NCBI GenBank assembly: GCA_910578855.1
Contig: CAJTRV010000004.1
Span: forward strand, 5,551-69,550
DNA from: an uncultured Bacilli bacterium
GTDB lineage: Bacteria; Bacillota_I; Bacilli_A; RF39; UBA660
Length of the DNA stretch: 64,000 nucleotides
Direction of reading: 5' to 3'
The notes under the pieces are model-generated. The model was not told where the DNA came from. It did no database searches and saw only the letters and a list, made by a program, of their open reading frames with translations. A program made the translations under genes and the position numbers. Positions 1 to 10,839 of this stretch are shown here, piece by piece (the first letter of the stretch is position 1; every line of letters begins with the position of its first letter).

Positions 1-796
1 TTAAACGATCCCGATATTTAATATGAATTTGTTCTCCAAATTTTTCTTTTAATCCATGAATACATAACTGTTTTAAATAGGTATAACTATCTATGCCATC
101 TGGACATTTATAAATCGGTAATAAATTTCCACCAGTTTCAATGGTTACATTACATAACTGATTGATCTTAAGGTTATTATCCCAATCCTCAGGAAACTGA
201 TCCTTAACTTCATCTGGCAAGCGAAATGGTTTGGGAACATCTTTAATCTTATGATCAGTGATTGTTTTTCCATCACGAATATCAGTTAAAATGGTCAGAT
301 ATTTACTATCATCAGCTTCAAAATAACGAATCTCATCCATATAAACACAATGTTCTCCGCGGTAAGAACGGCGTTCTTCTAGTGAAGTATATCCGTGGAA
401 AACATATTGATATATTTTATTAACCTGATCAATCAGTTCCATACTAGCAAATGGTAAGATAGCCAGTAACCCTTTACTATGTGTTTCTAAATCACATAAA
501 GTAAGAGCCCGTTCACTCATAAGGGTCGCCAATTTCATTAAATTATGATACCCATCACTATCCATACAATATAAAATAATATGTTTTTGATTAAAAGTAA
601 TATCTAACCCAATGATTGGTTTGATATCATGTTTCCGACAAGCTTCATAAAATTCCATGACACCAAACATATTATTATCGGTAATTGTGAGGGTGTCTAA
701 TTGATTAGCCTCGGCAAATTTAATCAATTGAGGAATCTTGATTAAACTATAAAGTAAAGAATATTCTGTTTTTAAATTTAGTGGTACGTATTTCAT
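1..796 (-). CDS. dnaE: DNA polymerase III alpha subunit (DnaE-type), N-terminal PHP-domain portion; the gene continues beyond the window start
   Basis: The reverse-strand ORF starts at ATG 794-796, preceded by an AGAGGAGG RBS. Its translation MKYVPLNLKTEYSLLYS...GLDITF matches the DnaE N-terminal PHP motif (HxHxEYSLLD-like). It is not in the ORF track because it is truncated by the window edge. Confidence 0.65.
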   Translation of the reverse strand, partial: MKYVPLNLKTEYSLLYSLIKIPQLIKFAEANQLDTLTITDNNMFGVMEFYEACRKHDIKPIIGLDITFNQKHIILYCMDSDGYHNLMKLATLMSERALTLCDLETHSKGLLAILPFASMELIDQVNKIYQYVFHGYTSLEERRSYRGEHCVYMDEIRYFEADDSKYLTILTDIRDGKTITDHKIKDVPKPFRLPDEVKDQFPEDWDNNLKINQLCNVTIETGGNLLPIYKCPDGIDSYTYLKQLCIHGLKEKFGEQIHIKYRDRL

Positions 797-891
797 AGAA
801 TCCTCCTCTACCTTATTATAACATGTATCATATTATTTTTGACAATTTCCTTATGATTGTGTTAGAATAACCATAAGAGTGAGGAGTATAT

Positions 892-1794
892 ATGAACGCA
901 ATTTTTTTTACAAATAGACAATTGAAAAAACTACAGAACTGTAGTTTGCAAAAAAGTATTGATCATACCGAATCAAAACTATATATTGTTGAAAATAATG
1001 GAAAATGGCAGCATAAAAAAATGATATTAAAATATTTTTATAATAATAGTGGCGAATACTTTAAAAACAAATTATTTACCATTAATAATCTTATTGATAG
1101 TACTAGTACTATCAATATCAGGGCCCTGATATTGCCCCAAAAATTAGCAATTGCTGGAGGGCAAATAATCGGATATATAATGCCATTTATTGAAAATACT
1201 AATTTATTAACTTTATTACAAGATTTCAAACTCAATACAGAAAAGAAAAAAGAGTATTTAACACAAGTTGGCCAAATTATTTCTCAAGTCCATGACCTAA
1301 ATAAATTTCAAAGCGAGTTATTTATTGGTGACATTCACGAAGCCAACTTCATTGTTGGAAAAGAAGATGATCAAGTATATGTAGTTGATAGTGATAGTTT
1401 TAAAACCAAAAATAATCTTCCTTTTGCTGCCAAATATTTAGCAACCAATCCTAATATATTAAATATGACACATAAATATCCCATCAATACCGAAGGGATT
1501 CATATTCCAAATGAAAATAGTGATCTTCTTTGTTATGTTTTTATCATATTAAACACAATTGCTCGAAAAGAAATGCAGAAAGTTTCTATTGATGAATATT
1601 ATAATTACCTTGATTATTTATTATCACTTGGATTTGGAGACGATTTTATTAAAACATGTGGCAAAATTTATACCAATGCCAAAAATACCTCTCCATTGCC
1701 ATATTTAGAACAAATTCCTAATAATATTTATCAAGCTACCTATCAAGTATTTAAACAGCGTCAATATATAAGTAATAATAACCGAACAAAATAA
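892..1794 (+). CDS. Phosphotransferase-family protein (APH/CotS/choline-kinase-like fold)
   Basis: 300 aa ORF with a GAGGAG RBS. The motifs IGDIHEANFIV and VVDSDSF resemble the HGDxHxxN catalytic loop and the IDxE/DFG-like motif of CotS/APH kinases. Confidence 0.45.
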   Translation: MNAIFFTNRQLKKLQNCSLQKSIDHTESKLYIVENNGKWQHKKMILKYFYNNSGEYFKNKLFTINNLIDSTSTINIRALILPQKLAIAGGQIIGYIMPFIENTNLLTLLQDFKLNTEKKKEYLTQVGQIISQVHDLNKFQSELFIGDIHEANFIVGKEDDQVYVVDSDSFKTKNNLPFAAKYLATNPNILNMTHKYPINTEGIHIPNENSDLLCYVFIILNTIARKEMQKVSIDEYYNYLDYLLSLGFGDDFIKTCGKIYTNAKNTSPLPYLEQIPNNIYQATYQVFKQRQYISNNNRTK

Positions 1795-1841
1795 ACATTT
1801 TTCATATAAAAATTGTTGATTACTCAACAATTTTTTGTTCT

Positions 1842-2615
1842 TTATTTAGCTATCATTTTATCGACAATTATCTTAATATCCCGTTCATTAAACGGCTTTT
1901 GTAAGACATCGATAATCGGATATTGAAATGCCTTCTTTACTTCATCATCATTGCCAATTCCAGTAATAATTGAAACCGGAATTTTCGTAAACAATTGTTG
2001 CCTCTGAAAATAATCTAATACCGTAAACCCATCGACATGGGGCATATTTAAGTCTAGTAACATTCCAACAATATCATATTGATTGGATTCAACAATAATT
2101 CGTAATGCTTCTTCCCCATCACTAGCCGTTACAACTTGATATTGATCCATAAATAGCTTCTGAATAAACTTTTGGATAATATCAGAATCATCGACCACCA
2201 AAATAGTTTTATCAGTTGCGACGGTAACTTTCTCATGATCAATTGCAACCTCTCGCTGTTTTCCTAAATACGTTAATCCAATTTGAATCATCTGTTTAAA
2301 TTCCTTGATTAACTCATCATAGTGTTCATACACATAATAAATATCATTTGCACGACTCTTTTCTTCGTGTTGATAACACATATCCCCTAGTACATCAAAC
2401 CCAAAATACCGAGCATCACTTTTTAAGGCATGAACTAAAATAGAGTAATTTCCCATATCAGCGATCTCTTTAAACGCTTTTAATTGTTGAAGACGCTCCT
2501 CAATATCTTGAAGAAAATCCGCCAATGTCTCATCATATGTCTCCATATCTCCAAATAATTCCAAACTCTTTTGAACATTTACTCCATGTTGAAGCAATAA
2601 ATTTACATCTTTCAT
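1842..2615 (-). CDS. Hpt-domain + receiver-domain phosphorelay protein
   Basis: The N-terminus has an HALKSDARYFG Hpt signature. The C-terminus has a receiver-domain signature (VVDDSD...DLNMP). Confidence 0.7.
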   Translation of the reverse strand: MKDVNLLLQHGVNVQKSLELFGDMETYDETLADFLQDIEERLQQLKAFKEIADMGNYSILVHALKSDARYFGFDVLGDMCYQHEEKSRANDIYYVYEHYDELIKEFKQMIQIGLTYLGKQREVAIDHEKVTVATDKTILVVDDSDIIQKFIQKLFMDQYQVVTASDGEEALRIIVESNQYDIVGMLLDLNMPHVDGFTVLDYFQRQQLFTKIPVSIITGIGNDDEVKKAFQYPIIDVLQKPFNERDIKIIVDKMIAK

Positions 2616-2643
2616 ATCAATTCTCCTATTTTCTAATCTTTTC

Positions 2644-4485
2644 CTATAAAAATTTCCGCAATACTCTATCTAATTCAGCTCGATCAATTGGTTTTGAAAG
2701 ATAATCATCAAACCCATCTTGCAAATACTTCTCCTTCATTCCGGTAATCGCATTGGCAGTTAAAACAACCGTTGGAATCATAAAACCAGGTATTTTCTTT
2801 AATGATTTTAATGTTTCAACACCACTCATTCCTGGCATCATATCATCTAATAATATCAAATCATACTGTTCACCATTATTAATACGTGTAAGACATTCTG
2901 CTCCTGATGATAAACAAACAGTCTCAACCTCATAATTTAATAATAAGCGCGCAGCTACTTTTAAATTAATACGATTATCATCCACCAATAATACCTTCTT
3001 ACCCTTAGCAACAAACGGTTTTTGGTCCGCGCTTATTAATTTTTCTTGAGCAACTTTTCGCTCCTCTGTAATCGGGATAATTTTCTGATCGATTGCCACC
3101 GTAAAACAAGATCCCTCTCCATAGGTACTCTGAACGACAATTCGGCCATGCATTAATTCAACCAATTTTTTGGTAATTGCTAGCCCAAGTCCCGTTCCTT
3201 CAATGGTTACATTTTTCTCAACATCAAAACGCTCAAACTTGGTAAATAACTTCTGAATATTCTCTGGCTTAATTCCGATTCCAGTATCTTTTACTGATAT
3301 AATTAAGCGACAGATATCATCTTGAATCACCGAACTCATCTGCAACTCGATGGATCCATCTTTCGTATATTTAACCGAATTGGTCAGTAGATTAACCATA
3401 ATCTGCTTTAAGCGCATACTGTCACCATATAATATGGGCGGCATATCGGCAGCCAAATGAAAGTGGAACGCCAAAAACTTATTTCCAATCCGGACTTTCG
3501 TTAACGAGACAACTTCATCAAAGATTTGCCGCGGATGATATTCCGTATTTACAATCTCTAATTTACCAGCTTCAATCTTAGAAATATCCAAAATACCGTT
3601 GACAATTTCTAACAGATTATTAGAGGCGATCAAGATATCTTGAATTTCATCTTGAGTATGTTCAGGTAAATTCTCTTCTAGTAAGACTTGACTGAATCCG
3701 ACAATCGAATTTAATGGTGTTCGAATCTCATGTGACATATTAGATAAAAACTCTGATTTTGCTTCGTTAGCGCGGACCGCCTGTTCCCGCGCTAGTTTCA
3801 GTTCATGAATTAATTTCAAATCAGGATTCTCAATAGTAAAATACATTAAGAATGTTACAAATGTCTCCATCGATGTAATAAGTAATAAACTAGGATTATA
3901 TTTTTGTAATAGCATAATTACCGTTCCAAACGTTAATAGAAAAAATAATGGTAAATATTTCTTGGAACGAATATTTTTTAAATTCGCAATTAAACTAACA
4001 ATACTGATTATAATACAAATGATCGACACCAAATAAACCAAATCAATACTAGGACCATAAGAATATATCTGTCCAGCAGTATTAACAAATGATATTGGTA
4101 AAAAAATTAATAATACAATAATAATCCAATAACTTATAGTAACAAAATTCATTACTTTCCTAATATTTGTACTAATATCATAGTGAATTTTATCTTCTTT
4201 ACTAAAGGAAATAATAAAAATATAAACAGTAAAAATTAAAATCCATGTTAATAAATAAACCAAATATAATTTTGAAATAACTAAATTATAAAGGGGATAA
4301 GAATTCATATTTAACACAGAATAATAATTTAATAATTCGATCATTAAACCGAGAAAATTAACGACAATCAAAATAGAAAAAATTTTATTTTCAACACTTT
4401 TCACTTTATCTTTTCTAAAAAAAACCGTCATTAATGAAATACTATAAAATAAACTTCCGACGATTAAGATAACACTTCCTATCAT
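2644..4485 (-). CDS. Hybrid sensor histidine kinase (multi-TM sensor, HisKA, HATPase, C-terminal receiver)
   Basis: N-terminal polytopic membrane region. H-box [10 protein letters not shown]-box GTGLGLAI. C-terminal [11 protein letters not shown]...[10 protein letters not shown] receiver. Confidence 0.8.
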   Translation of the reverse strand: MIGSVILIVGSLFYSISLMTVFFRKDKVKSVENKIFSILIVVNFLGLMIELLNYYSVLNMNSYPLYNLVISKLYLVYLLTWILIFTVYIFIISFSKEDKIHYDISTNIRKVMNFVTISYWIIIVLLIFLPISFVNTAGQIYSYGPSIDLVYLVSIICIIISIVSLIANLKNIRSKKYLPLFFLLTFGTVIMLLQKYNPSLLLITSMETFVTFLMYFTIENPDLKLIHELKLAREQAVRANEAKSEFLSNMSHEIRTPLNSIVGFSQVLLEENLPEHTQDEIQDILIASNNLLEIVNGILDISKIEAGKLEIVNTEYHPRQIFDEVVSLTKVRIGNKFLAFHFHLAADMPPILYGDSMRLKQIMVNLLTNSVKYTKDGSIELQMSSVIQDDICRLIISVKDTGIGIKPENIQKLFTKFERFDVEKNVTIEGTGLGLAITKKLVELMHGRIVVQSTYGEGSCFTVAIDQKIIPITEERKVAQEKLISADQKPFVAKGKKVLLVDDNRINLKVAARLLLNYEVETVCLSSGAECLTRINNGEQYDLILLDDMMPGMSGVETLKSLKKIPGFMIPTVVLTANAITGMKEKYLQDGFDDYLSKPIDRAELDRVLRKFL

Positions 4486-4603
4486 GAAACATCATCCTTT
4501 ACTATCTGTCAATATTATAGCATAGAAAAAGAGAAAAAGTAAACACACTTTTCCCTTTCACTATTTAGTAAAAAATACTAATTGTTAACATCCATTTATT
4601 TCT

Positions 4604-6496
4604 TTAGCGTTTATAACAATACACCTTTGAATTTTCCTTTTTATATTGATTAGCCGTTAATAACTGGCCTGTCTCTATACTAGGTTTCACCATAAAATCA
4701 CCATCATACCCTTCAGCCTTTAACAAGGGTTGACTACGCTTTCCGCAACCGCTTAACGGAAATGACTCTTTCATACCACGAATTCGATAATACAAACAAT
4801 TTAACACTTCATCAGAAAAAACATTCTTACATCTTTTTTCAGCTCCCATTAAAACATTCGTGACATTAATCTTTACTCCTGGTTGAAACTCAATATGCAC
4901 AACAATCTTATCATCATTTTTATCATCTTTTACCATGACTAACTCGCATGACAAAATATGTTTGGTATCTTTTAATATCTCATCGCTTATTAAAAATAAG
5001 GGAATTTTTTCGCCATTACTACTAATAAATTCATTTCCTATTCTTCCTTTGATATGAATAGATCCAAATTGATCAATATATCCATAAACTTGACAATCTC
5101 CCCATCTTTTTCCTGTATTATCATAAATAAAAAATTGCCTCGTCGCTTCCGGATTATTTTTATATCCTTTCATTGTACAATTAGAATTGGCAACTAATCT
5201 CCCTAGTTCATTGACTCCACATCGCTTCCCGTTCTGATCCAAGATAGCATACTCAGCCAAAGCAAATGGTTTTAAACCAAATGATTTTTTCCGTAGCCAA
5301 CATGATAATCGCTTTTCTTGTAATGCCTTATAGAGAGTAAAAAATAATCCACCGTGTTCACAATCTCCCCCACCAATCGAAAGGCAAACTGGCGTATAAG
5401 GTAAATGAAACAGATCCTTTCCCGCTTTAGTAGTTTTCAAAGCTTTATTAATAAACTTTTCTTCATTAGGTGCGACCGGCTCACCTACCGCAGTTGGTAT
5501 TATCAAGAATGGCAATTGTAAATTTCGGTATGACTCATCAAATCTAATTTTCTTCGCCGCATTTAACCAAAAACTTGTAGTAGCTGGAACAAAATTAGGT
5601 TTGTTAATCATCAAACTAGTCAAAAAGAAATTTTGATCATAGATTGGCTCTAAGGCAACCGTCCCATGCTGCGATAATACATCAGAAATACTCGTAATTA
5701 AATCCGTATTCGAATGAGCTGGAATATGCGCTAATCCTCTAATATTTTTCATTGCTGGTAATCCTGAAACATCAGAATCATGAATCCGCGCCATGGTAAC
5801 AAAACTTCTAATTCGATGAACAATTGCCTTGGGTCTTGTTGAATGGGTAGAACCACTACTATATGTAATGGTGAATTCATCATCTAAATTGGTATTGGCA
5901 GGAACAATATCCTCCATATCATCACCAAAAGCTGCAAACTCTTTCACATCGATGATTTTATCATTTTCACATTGAAATTCTGGAATTTTATTCCTAAATT
6001 CGCAAAAAATCTTATCTACCTCATCATAAGGATCTATCCCGTCCTTCAATGAACTAGTCAACGAAACCAAAACAATCTTTTCAATGCTACTTTCTAAAGT
6101 TATATTCTTAATATCTTCATATTGACAGTCAGTCGCAAAGAATACTTTTGAACTACAATCATCGATAATCTTTTTTATATAATCCTGATCAAACTGACTT
6201 CCAAAAAGATTAATTTTAGCTCCAAGCATACTAATAGCCAATAAAAGATAAATAAGTTCTGGTGTATTAGATAAGCATGCTGATACTTCATCACCTTGTT
6301 TTATTCCTAGTTTTCGTAATGACTTTGCATACCTATTTGCTTCTTTCAACATCTCTTGATAAGAGATGTTGGTACCGCGGTACCATAGGGATGGCGCATC
6401 TAAATTATCTTTGTTTCGCTCATAAATGTCTTGAAACCACGACTCGTTATGTTGTTCTATTTCACTTAGTACTTCTTTGATATCAGATTCTTTCAT
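4604..6496 (-). CDS. AMP-binding (adenylate-forming) enzyme family protein, acyl-CoA ligase-like
   Basis: The ITYSSGSTHSTRPKAIV motif matches the AMP-binding TSGTTGxPKG core. 630 aa. Confidence 0.6.
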   Translation of the reverse strand: MKESDIKEVLSEIEQHNESWFQDIYERNKDNLDAPSLWYRGTNISYQEMLKEANRYAKSLRKLGIKQGDEVSACLSNTPELIYLLLAISMLGAKINLFGSQFDQDYIKKIIDDCSSKVFFATDCQYEDIKNITLESSIEKIVLVSLTSSLKDGIDPYDEVDKIFCEFRNKIPEFQCENDKIIDVKEFAAFGDDMEDIVPANTNLDDEFTITYSSGSTHSTRPKAIVHRIRSFVTMARIHDSDVSGLPAMKNIRGLAHIPAHSNTDLITSISDVLSQHGTVALEPIYDQNFFLTSLMINKPNFVPATTSFWLNAAKKIRFDESYRNLQLPFLIIPTAVGEPVAPNEEKFINKALKTTKAGKDLFHLPYTPVCLSIGGGDCEHGGLFFTLYKALQEKRLSCWLRKKSFGLKPFALAEYAILDQNGKRCGVNELGRLVANSNCTMKGYKNNPEATRQFFIYDNTGKRWGDCQVYGYIDQFGSIHIKGRIGNEFISSNGEKIPLFLISDEILKDTKHILSCELVMVKDDKNDDKIVVHIEFQPGVKINVTNVLMGAEKRCKNVFSDEVLNCLYYRIRGMKESFPLSGCGKRSQPLLKAEGYDGDFMVKPSIETGQLLTANQYKKENSKVYCYKR

Positions 6497-6580
6497 AATA
6501 CCTCCATCAAACTTTACTACTCACTCTTATCATAACACAGTTAAATGAAATATAGAACTACTTTAATCATAAATATCTTC

Positions 6581-7672
6581 TTATTTTTGATAACGACTAA
6601 TATTTAAAATAATTCCAATACTAGACATCGTAATAAGCAAGCTAGAGCCTCCATAACTTAGAAATGGAAGTGTAACCCCAGTTACGGGAATTAAGCCAGT
6701 TACAACCATTAAATTTAAAATCGCTTGGAAGCCAATTTGAAAGGCAATCCCAAATGTCAAATACTTCGCAAACATATCTTGACTCTTTCTAGCAATCTTA
6801 AACGCACGCGTAAGAATAATAAGAAACAAACCAACGACAATAATGACCCCTAGAAAACCAAACTCTTCACTGATAATGGAGAATATAAAATCAGTCTGTG
6901 GTTCTGGTAGATAGAAATGCTTTTGTCGCGAATTTAAAAAGCCATAGCCAAATAATCCTCCAGGACCAATCGCATATAACGATTGAATGATCTGGAAGCC
7001 ACTACCAAGTGGATCCTTCCATGGATTTAAAAAGGATAATATCCGTTCTAACCGATAGGGAGCTACAGCAATCAAGCCAACAATCCCGGCCATTCCAAGC
7101 ATTCCCATGCGTAAGAAAAATTTGAAAGGAACACCGCCAACAAAGATAAGCCCCATAATACTCATCACGATAATCATTCCGGTTCCAAAGTCAGGTTGTA
7201 ACATAATAATTCCAAAGACAAGTAAGGTAAGGCTTAGAATCGGTAAAACCCCTTTTTTGATATCAGTCATCTGCTTTTCATTCTTAACCAGATACTTCGC
7301 TGTAAAAATGATAAGTGCCAATTTCATGAACTCACTTGGTTGAATCCCAAATGAGCCAATTCCAAACCAGCTACGACTTCCATTCCGAACCGTTCCAATC
7401 CCAGGAATTAAGACCAACACCAATAAAATAAAACAGGTAATAACCAAAGGTGTAGCCTTCTCATAATAAAGTCGATAATCAATTTTACTAATAACATACA
7501 TAAAAACTAGTCCCAAGAGAAAGAAGACACCTTGATTAATGACAAATTTAAATGGATTATGAAACTTATATTCAGCCCATACATAAGAAGCGGAATAAAT
7601 CATGATAATTCCAAAGATGGAAATCAAGATCACACTAATCAGAAGTCCATAATCAATATTCCCTTTTTTCAT
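6581..7672 (-). CDS. ftsW: SEDS-family peptidoglycan glycosyltransferase (FtsW/SpoVE/RodA)
   Basis: 10-TM protein with the N-terminus IDYGLLISVILISIFGIIMIYSAS typical of FtsW/RodA. It sits after mraY in the dcw cluster. Confidence 0.8.
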   Translation of the reverse strand: MKKGNIDYGLLISVILISIFGIIMIYSASYVWAEYKFHNPFKFVINQGVFFLLGLVFMYVISKIDYRLYYEKATPLVITCFILLVLVLIPGIGTVRNGSRSWFGIGSFGIQPSEFMKLALIIFTAKYLVKNEKQMTDIKKGVLPILSLTLLVFGIIMLQPDFGTGMIIVMSIMGLIFVGGVPFKFFLRMGMLGMAGIVGLIAVAPYRLERILSFLNPWKDPLGSGFQIIQSLYAIGPGGLFGYGFLNSRQKHFYLPEPQTDFIFSIISEEFGFLGVIIVVGLFLIILTRAFKIARKSQDMFAKYLTFGIAFQIGFQAILNLMVVTGLIPVTGVTLPFLSYGGSSLLITMSSIGIILNISRYQK

Positions 7673-7684
7673 TCTATCACCCTT

Positions 7685-8677
7685 TTAAAACCATACTCCA
7701 AATGCCAGCGCAACCATTGCCCCCAATAGTCCGATAATCCAAAATAACTTCACAATATCATTTTCCTTCCAGCCCCATTTTTCAAAAGTATGATGAATCG
7801 GTGCCATAGGAAAAAGGCGTTTTTTCGTTAGTTTATAATAATAACGTTGTAAAATACAACTCATCGTTTCTAGAACAAAGACAATCCCGATGATCACTAG
7901 TAGCAATTCATGACGCGTCAAAATGGCTAGTGTTCCTAATGTTGCCCCAAGAGCGAGCGAACCGGTATCACCCATAAATATTTTAGCTGGTTTGGTATTA
8001 AACACAAGAAACCCTAGTAGTGATCCAATCAGAATAAAACAAAATAAGCCAAGATCCGTATACCCCTCTAACCAACCAGTATTATAACTAATTAAACCAA
8101 AAGCAAGAAAAGCAATAACGGAAAGACCGCCAGCAAGACCATCTAAGCCATCGGTTAAGTTAACCGCATTACTACTGGCAAGGAGCAAAAAGAGAATAAA
8201 TAAACCATAGAAGAACCCGATGTTACAGCGAATATTAAATGTATGAATCCAGATTAGTGGCTCGTTCCCAGCTTTCATAAATAAATAGAAAAAGACAATC
8301 GCAATGATCAATTGTAATAATAATTTTTGTCCCTCCGATAATCCTTTATTATTATGTCTTAACACAATTAGATAGTCATCGATAAACCCAATCATTGCAT
8401 AACCAATAAACGATAATAAAACGATTGCTAGCGTATAAGTCATCACCATCTTGCCTGTAAGAATTAAGATCGTCACCGTAAATAACGTTGGAAGTAGGAA
8501 AATAAGTCCGCCCATCGTCGGTGTATGCGACTTACTCTGGTGGGCCTCCCGAAGATAAATACTGAGATTTTGATCAACCTTAAATTTCTTTAAAATAGGA
8601 ATGAGAATCGCAGCGGTAATCACCGATAAAATAAATCCGATCATCATTGCTAGTACTGATTTTGTCATTAGTAACAT
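7685..8677 (-). CDS. mraY: Phospho-N-acetylmuramoyl-pentapeptide transferase
   Basis: Translation includes the NAVNLTDGLDGLA and MGDTGSLALG MraY motifs. Confidence 0.9.
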   Translation of the reverse strand: MLLMTKSVLAMMIGFILSVITAAILIPILKKFKVDQNLSIYLREAHQSKSHTPTMGGLIFLLPTLFTVTILILTGKMVMTYTLAIVLLSFIGYAMIGFIDDYLIVLRHNNKGLSEGQKLLLQLIIAIVFFYLFMKAGNEPLIWIHTFNIRCNIGFFYGLFILFLLLASSNAVNLTDGLDGLAGGLSVIAFLAFGLISYNTGWLEGYTDLGLFCFILIGSLLGFLVFNTKPAKIFMGDTGSLALGATLGTLAILTRHELLLVIIGIVFVLETMSCILQRYYYKLTKKRLFPMAPIHHTFEKWGWKENDIVKLFWIIGLLGAMVALAFGVWF

Positions 8678-8687
8678 ACCATTCCTC

Positions 8688-10604
8688 CTACTGTTTTAAT
8701 AACAATCTTACTACGTCACCCTCGTAAATTTTCTCGCCTGCTTTAGGTGATTGATAGGCGATTGTCTCCCCAGTTCCAGAAAATTCTACCTTGAAGCTGG
8801 TAAGCTCCTTCATCGCCTCACTGGTACTCTTGCCAACAACATTTGGAACCTTGGCATATTTCTTATCCCCATAGTTATAGCGTTTCTCGCTACTTCCTTT
8901 TCGTTTGGGAATATTAAGAGCAGTAATCGAATCTTGTAAAATAGTCTTAGCAATCGGTGCCGCAACAGTTCCACCATACTGGGTAATGCCCTTGGCATTG
9001 TCAATTGCTACATAGACAACAACCTGAGGATCATCAGCTGGTAAAAAACCAATAAACGAGGTAATATAGTTTCCTACCATATAACGACCATCCTTTACCT
9101 TTTGCGCTGTCCCAGTCTTTCCACCAACCCGGTACCCATCAATAAAGGCTGGGCGTCCTGTTCCATTGGTTACAACACTTTCTAGCGTCATTCGTACTTG
9201 CTCAGATGTTTTCGAACTGATGACTTTGCGGACCACTTTCTTCTTCGTCTCTTTAATTACACCATTGGTTTCCGGTTCATTTAAACTCTTAACAATATAG
9301 GGTTGATATAAGTATCCCCCATTGATGGCTGCACTAACTGCTGTAATCTGTTGAATTGGTGTAACTGATACCCCTTGCCCAAATGACGTCGTTGCAAGTT
9401 CAACAGGCCCTACTTTATCGAGTGGAAACAAGATACCAGATCCTTCTCCATTTAAATCAATTCCGGTTTTCGTTCCAAAACCAAAATTATGAATGTACTG
9501 GAACAATTTTTCCTTACCGATTCGCTGCCCCAGTACAACGAATCCTGGGTTGCATGAATTTTCAACAACCTGTAAAAAAGTTTGTTCCCCATGACCTCCA
9601 TGCTTCCAACACTTAATCTTGGCATTCTCAACCCGAATTGATCCCCCATCGGTAAACTTATCTTTATTAAGATCAACAAGCTTCTCTTCTAAAGCCGTTG
9701 CAAGGGTAATAATTTTAAATGTCGATCCTGGCTCATAGGTCATCCAAATTGGTAAATTTCGATTGATTTCCTCGATGGTATAATCTTGATAATTACTTGG
9801 TGAAAAATTAGGACGCGAAGACATTGCTAATATCTCCCCACTCTTAGGATCCATCACAATTCCAAGAGCTTGATCAGGATTATACTTTAACATCGCATTA
9901 TCTAGTTCCCGTTCTAGTGAGGATTGAATATCATAATTAATTGTTAACGTCATATTCATTCCATCCTGTGGTTTTTCATAGACCTCATTTAATTCTAACT
10001 TGTTTCCCTTGGCATCACTAAAATATTTAATTGCTCCATATTCTCCCGTTAAATACTGATCATACATGAGTTCCAATCCTGATAATCCTTGGTTATCAAT
10101 TCCAACAAATCCAATCGTATGTGATAAATACCGATCGTTAGGATAATTGCGTTTTGACTCTTTTACGAGATAAACCCCTGGTAATTCTAAAGCAGCAATT
10201 TTATCGGCAACATCATATGACAAACGGCGTCCTTCAGGGTGAACCCGTTCAATCGACTCCTTCTTGGTAACATGCTGATAAATAGTCTGATATGAAACAC
10301 CTAAAATCGCACTGATCTCTTTGGCTGTCTTTTCCTTATCTTTAATTTGATTGGGAATAAAGACCAATGACGATGTTGTTAGATTATCAGCGAGAACAAC
10401 CCCATTACGGTCATAGATATTACCACGACTCGCCTCGATAGGAAGATTACGACTCCATAAACCAGCTGCATATTGATTAAGACGTTTATAATCGATTACT
10501 TGAATATAAAAGACTTTCCCAATGATCATCAAAAATAATAGAAGCATGATCAATAAAACAATCCGAATACGATAGTGAATATTTTTAAAGAACATGGTAA
10601 TCAC
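8688..10604 (-). CDS. Class B penicillin-binding protein (SpoVD/PBP2B-like, single PASTA)
   Basis: STFK (SxxK) active site, SCN, KTGT motifs. One C-terminal PASTA domain. Confidence 0.8.
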   Translation of the reverse strand: MITMFFKNIHYRIRIVLLIMLLLFLMIIGKVFYIQVIDYKRLNQYAAGLWSRNLPIEASRGNIYDRNGVVLADNLTTSSLVFIPNQIKDKEKTAKEISAILGVSYQTIYQHVTKKESIERVHPEGRRLSYDVADKIAALELPGVYLVKESKRNYPNDRYLSHTIGFVGIDNQGLSGLELMYDQYLTGEYGAIKYFSDAKGNKLELNEVYEKPQDGMNMTLTINYDIQSSLERELDNAMLKYNPDQALGIVMDPKSGEILAMSSRPNFSPSNYQDYTIEEINRNLPIWMTYEPGSTFKIITLATALEEKLVDLNKDKFTDGGSIRVENAKIKCWKHGGHGEQTFLQVVENSCNPGFVVLGQRIGKEKLFQYIHNFGFGTKTGIDLNGEGSGILFPLDKVGPVELATTSFGQGVSVTPIQQITAVSAAINGGYLYQPYIVKSLNEPETNGVIKETKKKVVRKVISSKTSEQVRMTLESVVTNGTGRPAFIDGYRVGGKTGTAQKVKDGRYMVGNYITSFIGFLPADDPQVVVYVAIDNAKGITQYGGTVAAPIAKTILQDSITALNIPKRKGSSEKRYNYGDKKYAKVPNVVGKSTSEAMKELTSFKVEFSGTGETIAYQSPKAGEKIYEGDVVRLLLKQ

Positions 10605-10630
10605 CTCTAATAATGTATATGTACAAGCAC

Positions 10631-10659
10631 AAAAAAAAGAACAACATCACGATTGTTCT
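10631..10659 (-). terminator. Rho-independent terminator downstream of the deacetylase gene
   Basis: On the minus strand, AGAACAA-tcgtgatg-TTGTTCT hairpin followed by a T8 run. Confidence 0.5.
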
Positions 10660-10839
10660 TAGCGTTCTTTATGTGCATAAATATAAAGTGAGATAGGGTA
10701 ACCAATCTAATGATCATTGCGGTCATCAACCAGTAACAAAGTCCCTGGATGCGCAAAAAATATTTCAAATAATACTACACCAATGGGAAGATTATGCTTC
10801 CAGATTTTCCAAAAAGTTCTCCAGTAAGACAACTAAATC

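Noticed and set aside
6277-6480. Small antisense or alternative-frame ORFs inside long genes (e.g. 6277-6480, 7107-7343, 13009-13361, 38473-38751, 50343-50549)
   Set aside because: They are fully embedded in well-supported CDSs and have no RBS. Typical AT-rich-genome artefacts.
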